DNA of 64,000 nt from NCBI RefSeq assembly GCF_001447785.1, contig NW_015168065.1, positions 528,518-592,517 on the forward strand, read 5' to 3'. This DNA is from Gekko japonicus. Its lineage: Eukaryota. Every line of letters starts with the position of its first letter. Position 1 is the first letter of the stretch. The notes below the pieces were generated by a model. The model did no database searches. It saw nothing but the letters and a program-made list of their open reading frames with translations, and had not been told where the DNA came from. A program made the translations under genes and the position numbers. Shown here one piece after another: positions 37,205 to 50,003 of the stretch.

Positions 37205-38811
37205 AAAATCCCCCCCTAGTGGGAGGACTGCTGAAATCAAAAGAGTTCAAGGTTCCCCTTTGAGCAGACTCACCAGACAAAGGAAAAAGGGAACAACATA
37301 AACGACTTGTGCACCCAGTTCCTTCACCTTGCAAAGGCATCAAGGCAGAGCTGGTATCGGAGGGAATGTGTAGAGAAACCCCTCTGGCCAGGACTGGTGG
37401 AAGGCATCCATCCCTTCTGCCAAGGAACATTGCCCAAAATTGGAAGTGCCAGTTCCAAACTGTGAATCTGAAAAACCTCCGATGTAGAGGTCAACCAGAA
37501 ATGTTGAGATATGTCTTGGTGAGGTCTATCAAAGACAAGAAATGCCCCCGTTCAGGGATTCTGTGATGGATTTGAGAATCCCCATCTGGAACTGATGGAA
37601 CTTCAGCAACTAGTTTAGAAAATGGGGCCCCAGAATGCACCGCTATTTCCTGTTCCTCTTCAGAGCCACAAAACAGATTGAGTATAGACCTACACCACCC
37701 TGATCTAAAGACCTACCCCCTCCCCGTTCCTAAAGATGTTGGAGCTTGAAGACTGCAGGAACATTCTTGGAGGATGTGAGGTGAACTTTAGTTGAAGACC
37801 CAAGAAACTGCCTTGAGGACCCACTATCCTGATCAGACTGTAACCATTGAATGTTGAATTTTTGCTGTTGATTTCCCACCTGCTTGGGAGAGGTGTCAGC
37901 TCTAACTGGGGCATCTGGCTTTATCCTTGGAGGGTCTGGACTGGGTATTGCCTGAATGGGAACTAGATGATGAAGACCTGTAGGAAGGTCTGTAGCAATT
38001 CCAGGAAAATGTGTTGTAGACCTGGGGGTTTCTAGAAGATCCAAATACCCAAGAGCCATGGAGGAAGAGCCGGAATGTCTGGATCCTCTCCTGGAGATCC
38101 TATGGTCTGAGATTGGGAGGACCTTCTTATTCTTTTAGTTTCAATCAGAACACCTTCTAGCTTGTTCCCAAAGAGTATGGAACCCTTGAAAGGATGAGAT
38201 GCCACTAAGGCCTTGACTGAAGTGTCCAGTGACCAGTTGCTTAGCCAGAGGGTGTGCCTGGCAATCATGGTAGCACCAATGGCCCTTGCCGAAAACTGCA
38301 CAGCAACCAAGCTACCCAAGCCATGACCTTCTCTGACCTCAGGAGGCAGGAGGTCAAATGGGGGGGTATCAGAGAACTTTTTCTGCATCTTGCACAGCTA
38401 AAGGAATAACACAAAGCCACTGAAGCCTAGATAGAGTTGGCACTGGCCTCATGGACTCTGCATAGAGTTGTGTTGCTCCTGCAGTATGCAGCCTCCTTAA
38501 GTGGCCCTCCCCCCTCCATGGGACAGTCTGATCTGGAAACCATATTGGCCATGGGAGCATCCACCACTGGAATACGTAGGACTTATCTGCTGAAGCTGGG
38601 AAGGCATAGTACTTCTTAGCCAGAGCCACCTGAGACCTGGAGTGAATAGGCTCATCCTATTCATCCCTTTGTAATCAACCAAAGATCTTGAGGAAGGAGA
38701 AGATAGAGTCTGCTACTAGAGCTGGGCATAACCTCCTCGTCACTCTCTGAGTCAGGCTCTCCTTCCTCTTGATGTAGAAGATCTGCCACAGGGGTAGGTA
38801 GTTTCAGGACC
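37205..38811 (-). mobile_element. DIRS-type (tyrosine recombinase) retrotransposon, decayed and internally deleted: gag, RT start, 3' end
   Basis: gag-like ARAIGATMIARHTLWLSNWSLDTSVKALVASHPFKGSILFGNKL; RT-like LYSICFVALKRN and LIDLTKTYLNI..HRRFFRF..HFQF.A on the minus strand; 5' end runs into the gap. Confidence 0.75.
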
Positions 38812-39102
38812 NNNNNNNNNNNNNNNNNNNNNNNNNNNNNNNNNNNNNNNNNNNNNNNNNNNNNNNNNNNNNNNNNNNNNNNNNNNNNNNNNNNNNNNNN
38901 NNNNNNNNNNNNNNNNNNNNNNNNNNNNNNNNNNNNNNNNNNNNNNNNNNNNNNNNNNNNNNNNNNNNNNNNNNNNNNNNNNNNNNNNNNNNNNNNNNNN
39001 NNNNNNNNNNNNNNNNNNNNNNNNNNNNNNNNNNNNNNNNNNNNNNNNNNNNNNNNNNNNNNNNNNNNNNNNNNNNNNNNNNNNNNNNNNNNNNNNNNNN
39101 NN
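38812..39102. other. Assembly gap (291 N)
   Basis: Run of N. Confidence 1.
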
Positions 39103-39160
39103 GGGTAGTGAAGGGCGGGGTATAAATCCAATCTCCTCCTCCTCCTCCTCCTCCTCCTCC
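39103..39160 (+). mobile_element. 3' tail of a Squam3-type SINE with (TCC)n
   Basis: GTGAAGGGCGGGGTATAAATCCAAT(CTC)n matches the tail at 2175-2208. Confidence 0.8.
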
Positions 39161-39435
39161 AGTCGAGTCCGACTCTTTGCGACCCCATGGACCAGCTCCC
39201 TCCAGGCCTTCCGGTCTTCCGCCATCCTCTGAAGTTTGCTCAACTTCATGTTCGTTGCATCGATGACACTGTCTAACCATCTCATCCTTTGCCGTCCCCG
39301 TCTTCTTTGACCTTCAATCTTTCCCAGCATCAGGGTCTTCTCCAGTGAGTGCTCCCTTCTCATTTGGTGGCCAAAGTATTTGAGCTTCAGTTTCATTATC
39401 TGGCCTTCCAGGGAACAGTCAGGGTTGATTTCTTT
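39161..39435 (-). mobile_element. BovB (RTE) 3' fragment
   Basis: KLKLKYFGHQMRREHSLEKTLMLGKIEGQRRRGRQRMRWLDSVIDATNMKLSKL…HGVAKSRTRL. Confidence 0.93.
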
Positions 39436-40273
39436 TACTGGGTTTTACTGGTAATTTCTTTTTACAGGGTTGATTTCACACAATGCTGCAAAGCTTCAAT
39501 TCCCTGTGTTTCACTGAGCCAAAGCCCATTGCCTTTATGGCTTTGTGAGACAGGGGAGATCACTAAAGATAAGAACAAATGCTGTAAATGAAGATGCTGG
39601 ACTACACAAGGGGGCTCTGAAACAGAACACACTCAAAGCTTTCCAAAAGCCTGCCTTCTCAGTTGGCAGGAAGAGAAGACTGAAGGGGAGACGGGGAAAC
39701 AAAAAAGCTGGACATCCTGCCATCAAAAGTGGAGGGAAGGGAGTTCCCCGCTTATCTGGGTCTCCATCCTTCCAAGGTTGAATGAGATGCTTCCCTCAAG
39801 TCCTTTTGAGGTTCTCCACTCGTAAATACTAATTCCAAAGTTGTGTACGGTTTTAGTAAACGAAATAGTCTCATCTGATATACAATATATCCTCGTCAAA
39901 ATAAACACTTAAATATGAACAGTCAGAAACAGTAAACAATTACCACAAATGAATTCTAATCTAAGCATCCCATCAACTGAAACAAAATATAAAACCAAAG
40001 AAGATCAGTATCAAAACCTCCTTCATAACCTTGCAATTATTGACATTCAAACTCCTTTACCAGATTCATCAGAGAGCATCAGCAGCCTTTTATTATTTGC
40101 ATTGGGAGAAAATAGATACGGAATAATTTTGAAAATTTAGAGAAAATAACATGCTGGGGTGAGATAATTCATTTTGGGTTAAGTCCCACCCCCCTTTTTC
40201 TTTTGTTCTTTGTTAAGATAAAACAACATTTCAAAACATGTTTCATACTTATATGTAGAATTTGGTTTGTAAA

Positions 40274-40631
40274 TAGGGTTGCCTGGTCTTACCTGGCTGC
40301 TGGTGGGGGGCTCCAGGGTCCGTCCTGGGATCTTCTAGTTTTGGGGCAAAACTCTACGGTAAAATTTGGCTCAAATCATAGAGTTTTGCCCAAAAACTAG
40401 AGTGTCAACCAGTGTTCCCTCTAAACTGAGTTAGTGTGAGCTAGCTCACAGTTTTTTAGCCTCTGGCTCAGATTTTTTCTCAGCTCAGATTTTTTCTCAG
40501 CTCCAGAGCAAACTGATTTAATGCTCGCTCACAACTTTAATGCCAGTAGCTCACAAAGTAGAATTTTTGCTCACAAGACTCCACAGCTTAAAGGGAACAT
40601 TGGTGCCAACCCCCTGATGTTGGCAACCCTA
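40274..40631. mobile_element. TAGGGTTGCC-TIR hAT MITE hosting a nested MITE
   Basis: TIRs TAGGGTTGCC / GGCAACCCTA; 8-bp TSD TTTGTAAA at 40266-40273 and 40632-40639. Confidence 0.88.
40410..40602. mobile_element. hAT-type MITE (CAGTGTTCCCTCTAA TIR)
   Basis: TIRs CAGTGTTCCCTCTAA / TTAAAGGGAACATTG; TSD GTG(T/C)CAAC at 40402-40409 and 40603-40610; GCTCA subterminal repeats; related fragment at ~35360-35462. Confidence 0.85.
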
Positions 40632-41029
40632 TTTGTAAATGATTTGCATAACTGTTGAACACTAGTAGATGAGACAAGGCAAAGGATCAAACACTGATGA
40701 GAGAATAAACTTACAGAAATAAGGAATTCTACATTTCAGAAACTGAGAGATGCTTGTATTGCTGATCACATGGTTCAGAGAGTATGTGGAAAGCCATCAT
40801 GGTGTATTGGGGTTAGTGTACCAGACCCTACTCTGTCATGAAACTCACAAGGTTATTGTGGGTAGTTATTTTCATTCAGTTGACTTACCTCACAGGGTTG
40901 TTGTGAGAGTAAAAGGGAGAAAATAGCAGGACAAAAATGTACTAAATGAATACACACATATATGATGTTACCACACTACTAAGATCATGATCTTCCACCA
41001 GTCAGATTACAGGAATGTTCAGGGAATAT

Positions 41030-41242
41030 GGGGAGGAGCCAGTGGCTCAATTGTAGATCATCTTCTTGGCATGCATTAAGGTCCTAGATTCAATCCCTGC
41101 CATCTCCAGTTAAAAGGATCTAGTAGGAGGTGATGTGAAATACCTCATCCTGAGACCCTGGAGAGCTGCTATCAGTATGAGCAGACAAATACTGACAATG
41201 GACCAATGACCTGCTTCAGTATAGGGCAGCTTCATGTGTTCA
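41030..41242 (+). mobile_element. tRNA-derived SINE with CR1-type tail
   Basis: GTGGCTCAATTGTAGA..GATTCAATCCC Pol III boxes; 3' GGACCAATG..CAGTATAGGGCAGCTTCATGTGTTC; homologue at 53010-53235. Confidence 0.7.
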
Positions 41243-42074
41243 CGTGAATATGCATGAATACTTAAAGACAGAGGAGTTTATGGGGAATGTAGTGGGAGTG
41301 GACTAGAATTTGGAGTAGTTTTAGAGGAAAGAGGAATAATAGAATCAAGTGAAATCATAGCTATGAACATTCAGAAACTCTGCTCACGGTACTACCATTA
41401 ATAGGGCTTATACTTTTAAATTTAATAATTGCACAGTGTCTATAGATACTGTTATTAGCTGGAAGTGGCAACATTCTTCCTTTTAGAGATGTTCATAACA
41501 CTTTCACATTGTGCTCTATCATGTACTAGGTAAGTAAAGAATACTTTTAAGTGGCATGAGAAATGAGAATGAGAAATGGGGAATGAGGAAATGGAGAAAG
41601 CCTATACAAATTAAGGAAACTTAAGTCCTTAACTGTGATATAAGGACAGACGGACTCACCAACCTGGTTGTGTTTTTTGGGGGGCGAGATCTATGCTTTA
41701 CCCCTCCCCAAAAAAGATTATCCTTTTCCAGATGAAAGAAACCAGAGATAAGTGGTGGGGAATACACTACATAAAAATATAAAAGAATGTGGAAGGGAAC
41801 TAGGTAAGGACAGCAAGAACAAACTGGTAAACAGGGCAGCAGGAAGGAAAAAAACAACAGCCAGAATAGCAACAAGGTGAGGAGATGACAAAGTTATATG
41901 ATAATTTAACACTCACCCCATGTATGCCACCGGAGCTGCTTTTAGAAGGGGTAGAACAGCAGAAGGTAAGGGGGGCATGCTAATCCTTTCCTCCTCTGCC
42001 ATTTTCCTACTGAAAAAGCCACCCACAACCTGCTTCTACCACTACTAGGGAAAACTTATGTTTATACAGCAAGA

Positions 42075-42280
42075 TGGTGTTAGAGGGTAGCTGTGCTGGT
42101 CTGCAGTAGAACAGCTAGATTCGTATCCAGTAGCACCTTAGAGACCCGCAAGATGGGTGGGGGGGATATAAGCTTTCAAGAGTCAAAGCTCTGACAAAGG
42201 GAGCATTGATTCTGGAAAGTTTAGACGCCCAAAACCTTGTTTGTCTCTAAGGTGCTACTGGATGCAAATCTAGCTGCTTA
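42075..42280. mobile_element. Palindromic Penelope-derived element
   Basis: Inverted arms CAGCTAGAT..ATCCAGTAGCACCTTAGAGAC / GTCTCTAAGGTGCTACTGGAT..ATCTAGCTG; terminus resembles 31660-31690. Confidence 0.6.
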
Positions 42281-43647
42281 TACAACAAATGATAGCAATT
42301 CATTTCCAAACTTTTTTACACAAGACAAATTATCTAGACCAGTTTCAATCTAGCACCCAGCTTGGTTTTGGAACTACAATTGATTGTCCTTAATGGACAA
42401 TCTTCACCAGGAGACAGGAAGACTTATTGAGTCTCCTAGGCCTCTCAGTAGCTTTCAGTAACATCCACAGTATGCTTCTGAAATAATAGATTGGGATGAA
42501 TGTTGGGGATGCTGTGCTCCAGAGATTTTGATCCCGTCAGCTAAGCTGATTCGACAAAGTGGTTCTGGAGCCACGCACCTCAACACTATGGACACATTTT
42601 CTATGCTGTCCTGCAGGATACCATCTTGTCCTCCATGCCGTCTAAACATCTGAATGAAACTGCTGGGAGAGGATTCCTAGAGATCTACAGTTAATTGTCA
42701 GAGGTACACTGATGACACACAGCTCCTTTTAAACATGGTCAAATAAGACATGCAAAGGAAAGCAGGGAATAGGGAAGACTCACCCTGGAAATGTGCTGTG
42801 AAGGCCCAAAACACATCAGTGTCAGTTGGGGCCAGGTTATGTTGTATTTTGGTTTCCTGAATTATTTCCAGGAAGGACATTGGTGGGACAGTGTCCTGTC
42901 ACTAAAACAGGTTCACTCAAAGAACATCAATCAACCTAGCTACAGGAATGATAATCTATATACTTATTAGCCAAGTATGGCCATGATCTGCAGATAGCTA
43001 AATCTATAGATTGGGGCCACACGGAGGCTTAAGAGATTTTTCTGCACACTTGGGGGACTCCCCAGGTGTGCAGAAAAATCTGAAAATTAAAAAGATACCG
43101 GGGAGGTTAAATCCCCCCAAAAGATGTGGGTAAAATAGTGGGGAAATACAATGGGGATGAGGAGAAAGTGACCATGGACGGTAAATAAGGAGACAGGATT
43201 AAAGGTAAAGGATTTATTTTATTTAGTAAAACATTTGTACCCCACTTTTCCTCGCATCATCAAGGCAGATGAAAAATACAGGATTAGAGGGACAGAAGGG
43301 GGGAAATCAGAAAGGGACCAAAGGGCAGCAGAGGTAAAAAGCAAACAGGACACGGTTGCTTTTTAACTTACTCACCACTATAATTCATGCCCTATACTGC
43401 AGTTCGATCTGGGGGTAACTGGGGCTCAGGGGGGAGTGTTTTCTGAGGTAGAGGCACCAAATTTGCAGCATAGCTGCTGGTGCCTCTCCTCAAAAAAAGT
43501 CCCAAGTTTCAAAAAGATTGAACTAGGGAGCCCAATTCTATGAGCTCCAGAAGGAGGTGCCCCATCCCCCATTGTTCACAATGGAAGGAAAAAATGTCTT
43601 CTCAGTTCACTTGTAGGCTGCTCTGCCACCTAAGTGCCCTACACTGC

Positions 43648-45251
43648 CAGCTAAAATGTTGTGTGCCAGTGCCCCCAGCAGAGCTTAGAGGGAACTTTGT
43701 GTCTGCTGGTGTCTCAAGTTTCTCCCAACTTTTTGTGATGCCAATGGCCTCACCAGGGTCTTTTGCAGCTGCTAGAGCATCCCCATCTCCCCTGCAGCTG
43801 TTGCTCCTCCCCTCTCTTCTCCCAGACCACTGGACCTTCCATCCTGTGGTTATCCAGCCAAGACTTGCTCTCCCAGTGGCAGTAAAATGTCACTTCTGGC
43901 CTGGTTGTTTTTTCTTCTGACTGGGCCACAGGAAGCATCCTGCCACTACTTGGATTCCACAGGGGCCAGGCTGGCTTTCCAGCCACAGTAGTATCTCAAA
44001 TATATGGCATACTCAAATAAACACTTGTTTCAAATCAATGATTTGATAGGAAATGACATGCAGTTTTCTAAAATTTCAGATAAAAGGCGTCTACTTCTAT
44101 CACTTACGCTTCATATTACCATCTCTAAATTTGAATTGGATTTGCATAAATTGTCTTTCTCCCCCTTGAGAGTTCATTGCTGCTTTCTTTAATTAAGAAT
44201 CAACCTGATACACATTGCCATGTCTTCTACTGCCTATTTAAAGTCAAATCTTCAATGTCTTAAAAATTATTTTCACTTAAATGACAGTGAGCCAATGAAA
44301 GCAAACATTATCAGGACTGAATTAAATTGACATCAAAATTTCAAAACACTTACCTCATTCATACTCCTATCAGGAGTAGCTACTACTTCACGCCTTTTTG
44401 AACAATGCAATCCTAACACCACTCAGATTGTGTCATATTGTCAACAAAAAGTAGACAAAAATGAACACGAAGGCTGCCTTGAGAAACTAATAACTACAAG
44501 ATGATATATCCTTTTGTAAGCGTAACAGTCAGTCTAGGACTGAAAGACTTTGAAGATTAAAAAAAGTATAGAATATCACTGCCAGCATATTTCTGCAGCA
44601 AGCACTTACAGGTTTTTCCACATGATCAATTAGGAGTCTGTAAACAGCTCAGATGGAAAACTGTTATACCACAGCATCTATTGCCATTTTTTAAAGGACA
44701 GAGAGAGGAATATATATTTATGGAACTGAAATGAGGATTGTATCACTATTTACCCAATGTAAGGGACCACGGATCCCAGGCTTTTGCAGGGGCATTTAGC
44801 ATACAATCCTAAGGGCATGATGAAGCAGTTTAATCAACCCCCTAGCTGCACATACTGATATGCCTGCAGAAATACCAAAGTAATGCCTCACCAAAACCAT
44901 GATGGTATAAACCTATCACCAGCCCTGTTGTGGGTATGTCAAGAAACAAGAGAAATTTCATCTGTACCTACCAGCCATCCCAATCCCAGTGTAAAGTTAC
45001 ACAGCAAAATAGGTGATACAAACACTCCCATTTAACTGAATGGAAAAAAAAAACCACAGGTAAGTCTCATAGTCTTCTAACCAGGGGTCTTTTCGTAGAA
45101 AAAGAGCTGCATGAGCTCATTAGCATATTAGCTAATTAGCAGGAGCATATTACCATATAATAATGAGATACTATGCTATTAGTATATACCACGCCCCCTG
45201 ACATCACCAGAAGTGATGTCAGAAGGGGAAGCAAAAGGGGGGGAGGCATCT
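43648..45251 (+). repeat. Segment A (1.6 kb), near-identical to 48399-50001
   Basis: Collinear identity with about a dozen substitutions and one indel by eye. Confidence 0.97.
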
Positions 45252-45373
45252 NNNNNNNNNNNNNNNNNNNNNNNNNNNNNNNNNNNNNNNNNNNNNNNNN
45301 NNNNNNNNNNNNNNNNNNNNNNNNNNNNNNNNNNNNNNNNNNNNNNNNNNNNNNNNNNNNNNNNNNNNNNNNN
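45252..45373. other. Assembly gap (122 N)
   Basis: Run of N. Confidence 1.
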
Positions 45374-45528
45374 CAGCAGAGAGGCGGATAGAGAGAACGG
45401 AAGTAAGGAAGGAAGGAAGGAAGGAAGGAAGGGAAGGGTCTCCAACCACCTCTCATCAAGCCCCTGCCTCCCCCACCCCGCGGATCCCTTACTTACTGCT
45501 TCGGTGGGGGTTGGGGAAGCCGGCAGTG

Positions 45529-45815
45529 GGGCTCTCCGGGCGTCCCCTGAACCACAGTGCTTCTGCGCGGGCCCGGGGGACCTGAGGCGAGGCTCTCTGG
45601 GCCTCTCCCGAGCTGCAGCACTTCTGCGTGGGCCTGGGGGACCCGAGGGCCGGGCTCTCAGGCCTCCCCTGAGCTGCAGCGCTTCTGCACGGGCCTGAGT
45701 AACCCGGGGGCGAGGCTCTCCGGGCCTCCCCCAAGCCGCAGCGCTTTTGCGACGGCCCAGGGGACCCAGCGGCGGGGCTCTCAGATCCTCCTCCGGCCAC
45801 AGCGCTTTCAGCGCA
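45529..45815. repeat. GC-rich minisatellite, ~62-bp unit, ~4.5 degenerate copies
   Basis: Recurring GGCTCTC(C)GGGCCTCCCC.GAGC.GCAGCGCTTCTGCG.GGGCC.GGGGGACCC. Confidence 0.85.
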
Positions 45816-45933
45816 GAGAGCTGGGGTGGGGCTTGCTGCCACGCGGGCTGCCAGAGAGGTGCTCCGGTGCACTCTGGCTCCAAAAGACCCCTGCTTCTTA
45901 CCATGACTATAGAGCTATAACACAGTGTAGGAT

Positions 45934-46140
45934 AAGGCTACCAACCTCCAGGTGGGGCCTGGAAATTTCCTGAAATTACAACTCATCTCCAGACCACAGA
46001 GATCAGATCCCTTGTTGTTGTTTTTAAAAAAATGCTGCTTTAGAGGGTTTACTCCCTTGCATTATATCCCACTGAGGTCCCTCCCCAGGCTTTACCACCA
46101 AATCTTCAGGAATTTCCCAACCTAGAGCTGACAAGCCTAG
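45934..46140. mobile_element. TAGGGTTGCCA-family MITE, degenerate
   Basis: CCAACCTCCAGGTGGGGCCTGGA..CAGAGATCAG body shared with 20804-21022. Confidence 0.75.
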
Positions 46141-47814
46141 TTTAGGATACCAGGTGGACTGCAAATCACCACTGTCCTAAGGAGCACAGAACTGTGTGGA
46201 TCTACTTCCATATTTAGGTAGCATGTGGGTGTCATCAGCATACCACTGAACGATTGGTGAGCGTAGGCAGCTTCACTATATGTTGTTACCCTGCTCTCAA
46301 TATTTTGGGGTTAGGACTTTTAAGTAATGTTTTTCTCTATTGAGAGAACACAGGATGCCAGCTAACTATGATGGCAGCACATGTTGCTGTCATGGGACTT
46401 CAGGCTGGGCTAACCAAAACTGATGTAGCCAACAAAAGATAAGAGCCTCTTCGCAGATTATGTGGCATGTACATGATCCAGCTACATCAACATTACCTGA
46501 ATTCAGTAATCATATAAAGTGTGAGGATACATGGCTTCTCTTCACATTTTGTGTTTTAGAAATGGTGTACCTGTTCCGTTGTCTGGTAAACTGGTGTGGA
46601 TCACAGTGCATTAAACTCTCATTGAAATAAATAGTGCTTGGCCACATCTTAATTTCTCTTGATTCAGTTTCAAAAACTGGAAATTAATGACAGAAGGCAA
46701 ACATTAATTGCAGAGGGGAAGGCCTTTCTTGCTCCATCTACCCAACAGATTTTGGTCTAGAAAAGTTTGCTCCTGAAGGAAAACGGAAATTGAATGGAAA
46801 GGGGGGGGGGAATGCACTGAAATGGTTGGGGAGTACTGAGTTGGGAGAGGGCAACCTTCAACTTTCTCAACACCAACCCCTATTTAAAAGGTTCCAGGAA
46901 CCTTTCTCAGGTTACATGGATAATCTATTATTATTACTAGTAATGTAAGCTTTCTTAGAAGTATGAAACCATGGGGAAAAGACTTTGCTTTCCCAAGAAA
47001 GAAGGCAGATTTCAAGGGGAAAACGAAATATATGCAATGCTTACTTTCTTATCAACCTCAAACTTATTTTACTGCTTTAATAACTTTAAAATGCACCATT
47101 GGTAACTTTATTAGCATATTCTATTGTCCTGCTTGGCATATTTATGAAATTTAAGGATATAAAGGACTTACAATGCAATCCTAAGAATACTTTCCTAAGA
47201 GTAAAACCCATTGAAAACTGAGTCAGATTCTGAGCAGACCTGTTTAGGATTGCTCTCCAAGTTTTCTACATACAACATTACACATACACCCAAATGTAGA
47301 GACAACAAGCTGCAAACTGATGCACTTATACTACCTTAGCATATGCATCTTAGTTTTTGCCATCTTACAGGCAAAAAAATAAAATGCAACTTTCATAGTA
47401 AACATAAGTGTACTATTTGGCAGAAACAATCCCATACAGTCAAACAGGAGTAGTAGCACATTTGCATATTGATGATATATTACTGAAGAGGCAAACAAGA
47501 AAGAAACTACACAGTAAAGACCTCTACAAAGCATAAACAAACTGATACCATGTATAAATATAAATATAACACACATACACACACATATAATTTTCATGTG
47601 AAAAACACAAAATTCCAAGGTAACAATGCCATATGTAATATGTCACAATATCCAAAACTCCACTTAAATATACATAGGAGGTATATAAACATGAAGATTA
47701 CATAAATCACACAAGACAAGCTCCCTGGTACTACCCATTCCAAATGTTATCTTCTTCTCAGATTTATATGGTAAAACAGAAGAAATTAATGGGAACACTT
47801 AGAACTAACTGTAG

Positions 47815-47960
47815 TGTTGTCAAGGCAAGAGACATTTTGGAGGTGGTTTGTCATTGCCTTCTTCCACGTCATGACCATGATATTCTTTGGAGGTCTTCCA
47901 ACCAAATATTAGCCAGGGCTCCTTAGCTAATGCTAGTCTGGGCTATCCAACATGACTACC
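47815..47960 (-). mobile_element. Second, deleted copy of the 5S-derived SINE
   Basis: TCAAGGCAAGAGA..GAGGTGGTTTG..GGTCTTCCAACCAAATA..CCAGGGCT homologous to 32424-32574. Confidence 0.6.
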
Positions 47961-48055
47961 CCCATGGGGGGGGAATTAAACAAGAGATATTGTGTATCTT
48001 CTATATTTCTACAGTATACACAGGCAATTTGTTAATGCTGTTGATTGCCTGGCAT

Positions 48056-48397
48056 AAAAAAATCTTGTACTACCAATCTGGAGCCAGTAAAACTGTGCTA
48101 TGTTTCATGTATTCCAAAACAGAAGTTATTTAATAAGATATTTCTCAGTACTCCCCAATGTTTCCTATTTCTACACTGGAAAAATTGGAAAAAGGTTCTC
48201 AGAAAAAACAAAACAAAACCCTGTTCCTCTCCATCCAGTTTTTCTCACCAGACATTCTCATCTCTAATTACTACAAACCAAAACAGAACTTGTTCGAAAA
48301 ATCAGGAACCCATCGGATATAGCATCTGTGTGTGCTCACTACTCACTCTCAGGGACATCATGATGACAATCATACATTGGGTTGGAGATTTTGGAGA
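48056..48397 (+). repeat. Segment B (342 bp), identical by eye to 50004-50345
   Basis: Direct comparison. Confidence 0.97.
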
Positions 48398-48398
48398 A

Positions 48399-50001
48399 CA
48401 GCTAAAATGTTGTGTGCCAGTGCTCCCAGCAGAGCTTAGAGGGAACTTTGTGTCTGCTGGTGTCTCAAGTTTCTCCCAACTTTTTGTGATGCCAATGGCC
48501 TCACCAGGGTCTTTTGCAGCTGCTAGAGCATCCCCATCTCCCCTGCAGCTGTTGCTCCTCCCCTCTCTTCTCCCAGACCACTGGACCTTCCATCCTGTGG
48601 TTATCCAGCCAAGACTTGCTCTCCCAGTGGCAGTAAAATGTCACTTCTGGCCTGGTTGTTTTTTCTTCTGACTGGGCCACAGAAAGCATCCTGCCACTAC
48701 TTGGATTCCACAGGGGCCAGGCTGGCTTTCCAGCCACAGTAGTATCTCAAATATATGGCATACTCAAATAAACACTTGTTTCAAATCAATGATTTGATAG
48801 GAAATGACATGCAGTTTTCTAAAATTTCAGATAAAAGGCGTCTACTTTTATCACTTACACTTCATATTACCATCTCTAAATTTGAATTGGATTTGCATAA
48901 ATTGTCTTTCTCCCCCTTGAGAGTTCATTGCTGCTTTCTTTAATTAAGAATCAACCTGATACACATTGCCATGTCTTCTACTGCCTATTTAAAGTCAAAT
49001 CTTCAATGTCTTAAAAATTATTTTCACTTAAATGACAGTGAGCCAATGAAAGCAAACATTATCAGGACTGAATTAAATTGACATCAAAATTTCAAAACAC
49101 TTACCTCATTCATACTCCTATCAGGAGTAGCTACTACTTCACGCCTTTTTGAACAATGCAATCCTAACACCACTCAGATTGTGTCATATTGTCAACAAAA
49201 AGTAGACAAAAATGAACACGAAGGCTGCCTTGAGAAACTAATAACTACAAGATGATATATCCTTTTGTAAGCGTAACAGTCAGTCTAGGACTGAAAGACT
49301 TTGAAGATTAAAAAAAGTATAGAATATCACTGCCAGCATATTTCTGCAGCAAGCACTTACAGGTTTTTCCACATGATCAATTAGGAGTCTGTAAACAGCT
49401 CAGATGGAAAACTGTTATACCACAGCATCTATTGCCATTTTTTAAAGGACAGAGAGAGGAATATATATTTATGGAACTGAAATGAGGATTGTATCACTAT
49501 TTACCCAATGTAAGGGACCACAGATCCCAGGGTTTTGCAGGGGCATTTAGCATACAATCCTAAGGGCAAGATGAAGCAGTTTAATCAACCCCCTAGCTGC
49601 ACATACTGATATGCCTGCAGAAATACCAAAGTAATGCCTCACCAAAACCATGATGGTATAAACCTATCACCAGCCCTGTTGTGGGTATGTCAAGAAACAA
49701 GAGAAATTTCATCTGTACCTACCAGCCATCCCAATCCCAGTGTAAAGTTACACAGCAAAATAGGTGATACAAACACTCCCATTTAACTGAATGGGAAAAA
49801 AAACCACAGGTAAGTCTCATAGTCTTCTAACCAGGGGTCTTTTCGTAGAAAAAGAGCTGCAGGAGCTCATTAGCATATTAGCTAATTAGCAGGAGCATAT
49901 TACCATATAATAATGAGATACTATGCTATTAGCATATGCCACGCCCCCTGACATCACCAGAAGTGATGTCAGAAGGGGAAGCAAAAGGGGGGGAGGCATC
50001 T
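48399..50001 (+). repeat. Segment A' (copy of 43648-45251)
   Basis: Direct comparison; it ends at the same base where A meets the N gap. Confidence 0.97.
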
Positions 50002-50003
50002 TC

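Larger units (their letters stand above)
45082..45893. mobile_element. hAT-type MITE (CAGGGGTCTTTT TIR) spanning a gap, with internal GC-rich minisatellite
   Basis: TIRs CAGGGGTCTTTT / AAAAGACCCCTG; TSD CTTCT(A/T)AC at 45074-45081 and 45894-45901. Confidence 0.85.

Noticed and set aside
38661-39396. Long ORFs spanning N runs (also 45136-45904)
   Set aside because: Artefacts of translating through assembly gaps.
44345-44420. Strong minus-strand donor GAG|GTAAGT as a cryptic exon
   Set aside because: Stop codons nearby, no FSTL5 similarity and no convincing acceptor; such sites occur by chance in 64 kb.
45529-45815. CRISPR-like array or other prokaryotic system
   Set aside because: Degenerate tandem repeats without unique spacers in a vertebrate intron; no operons or cas genes anywhere in the window.
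48045-48671. 208-aa ORF and related ORFs at 43540-43920 and 49936-50364
   Set aside because: They are created across the B/A' and A'/B' junctions of the probable misassembly and contain no recognisable domain.
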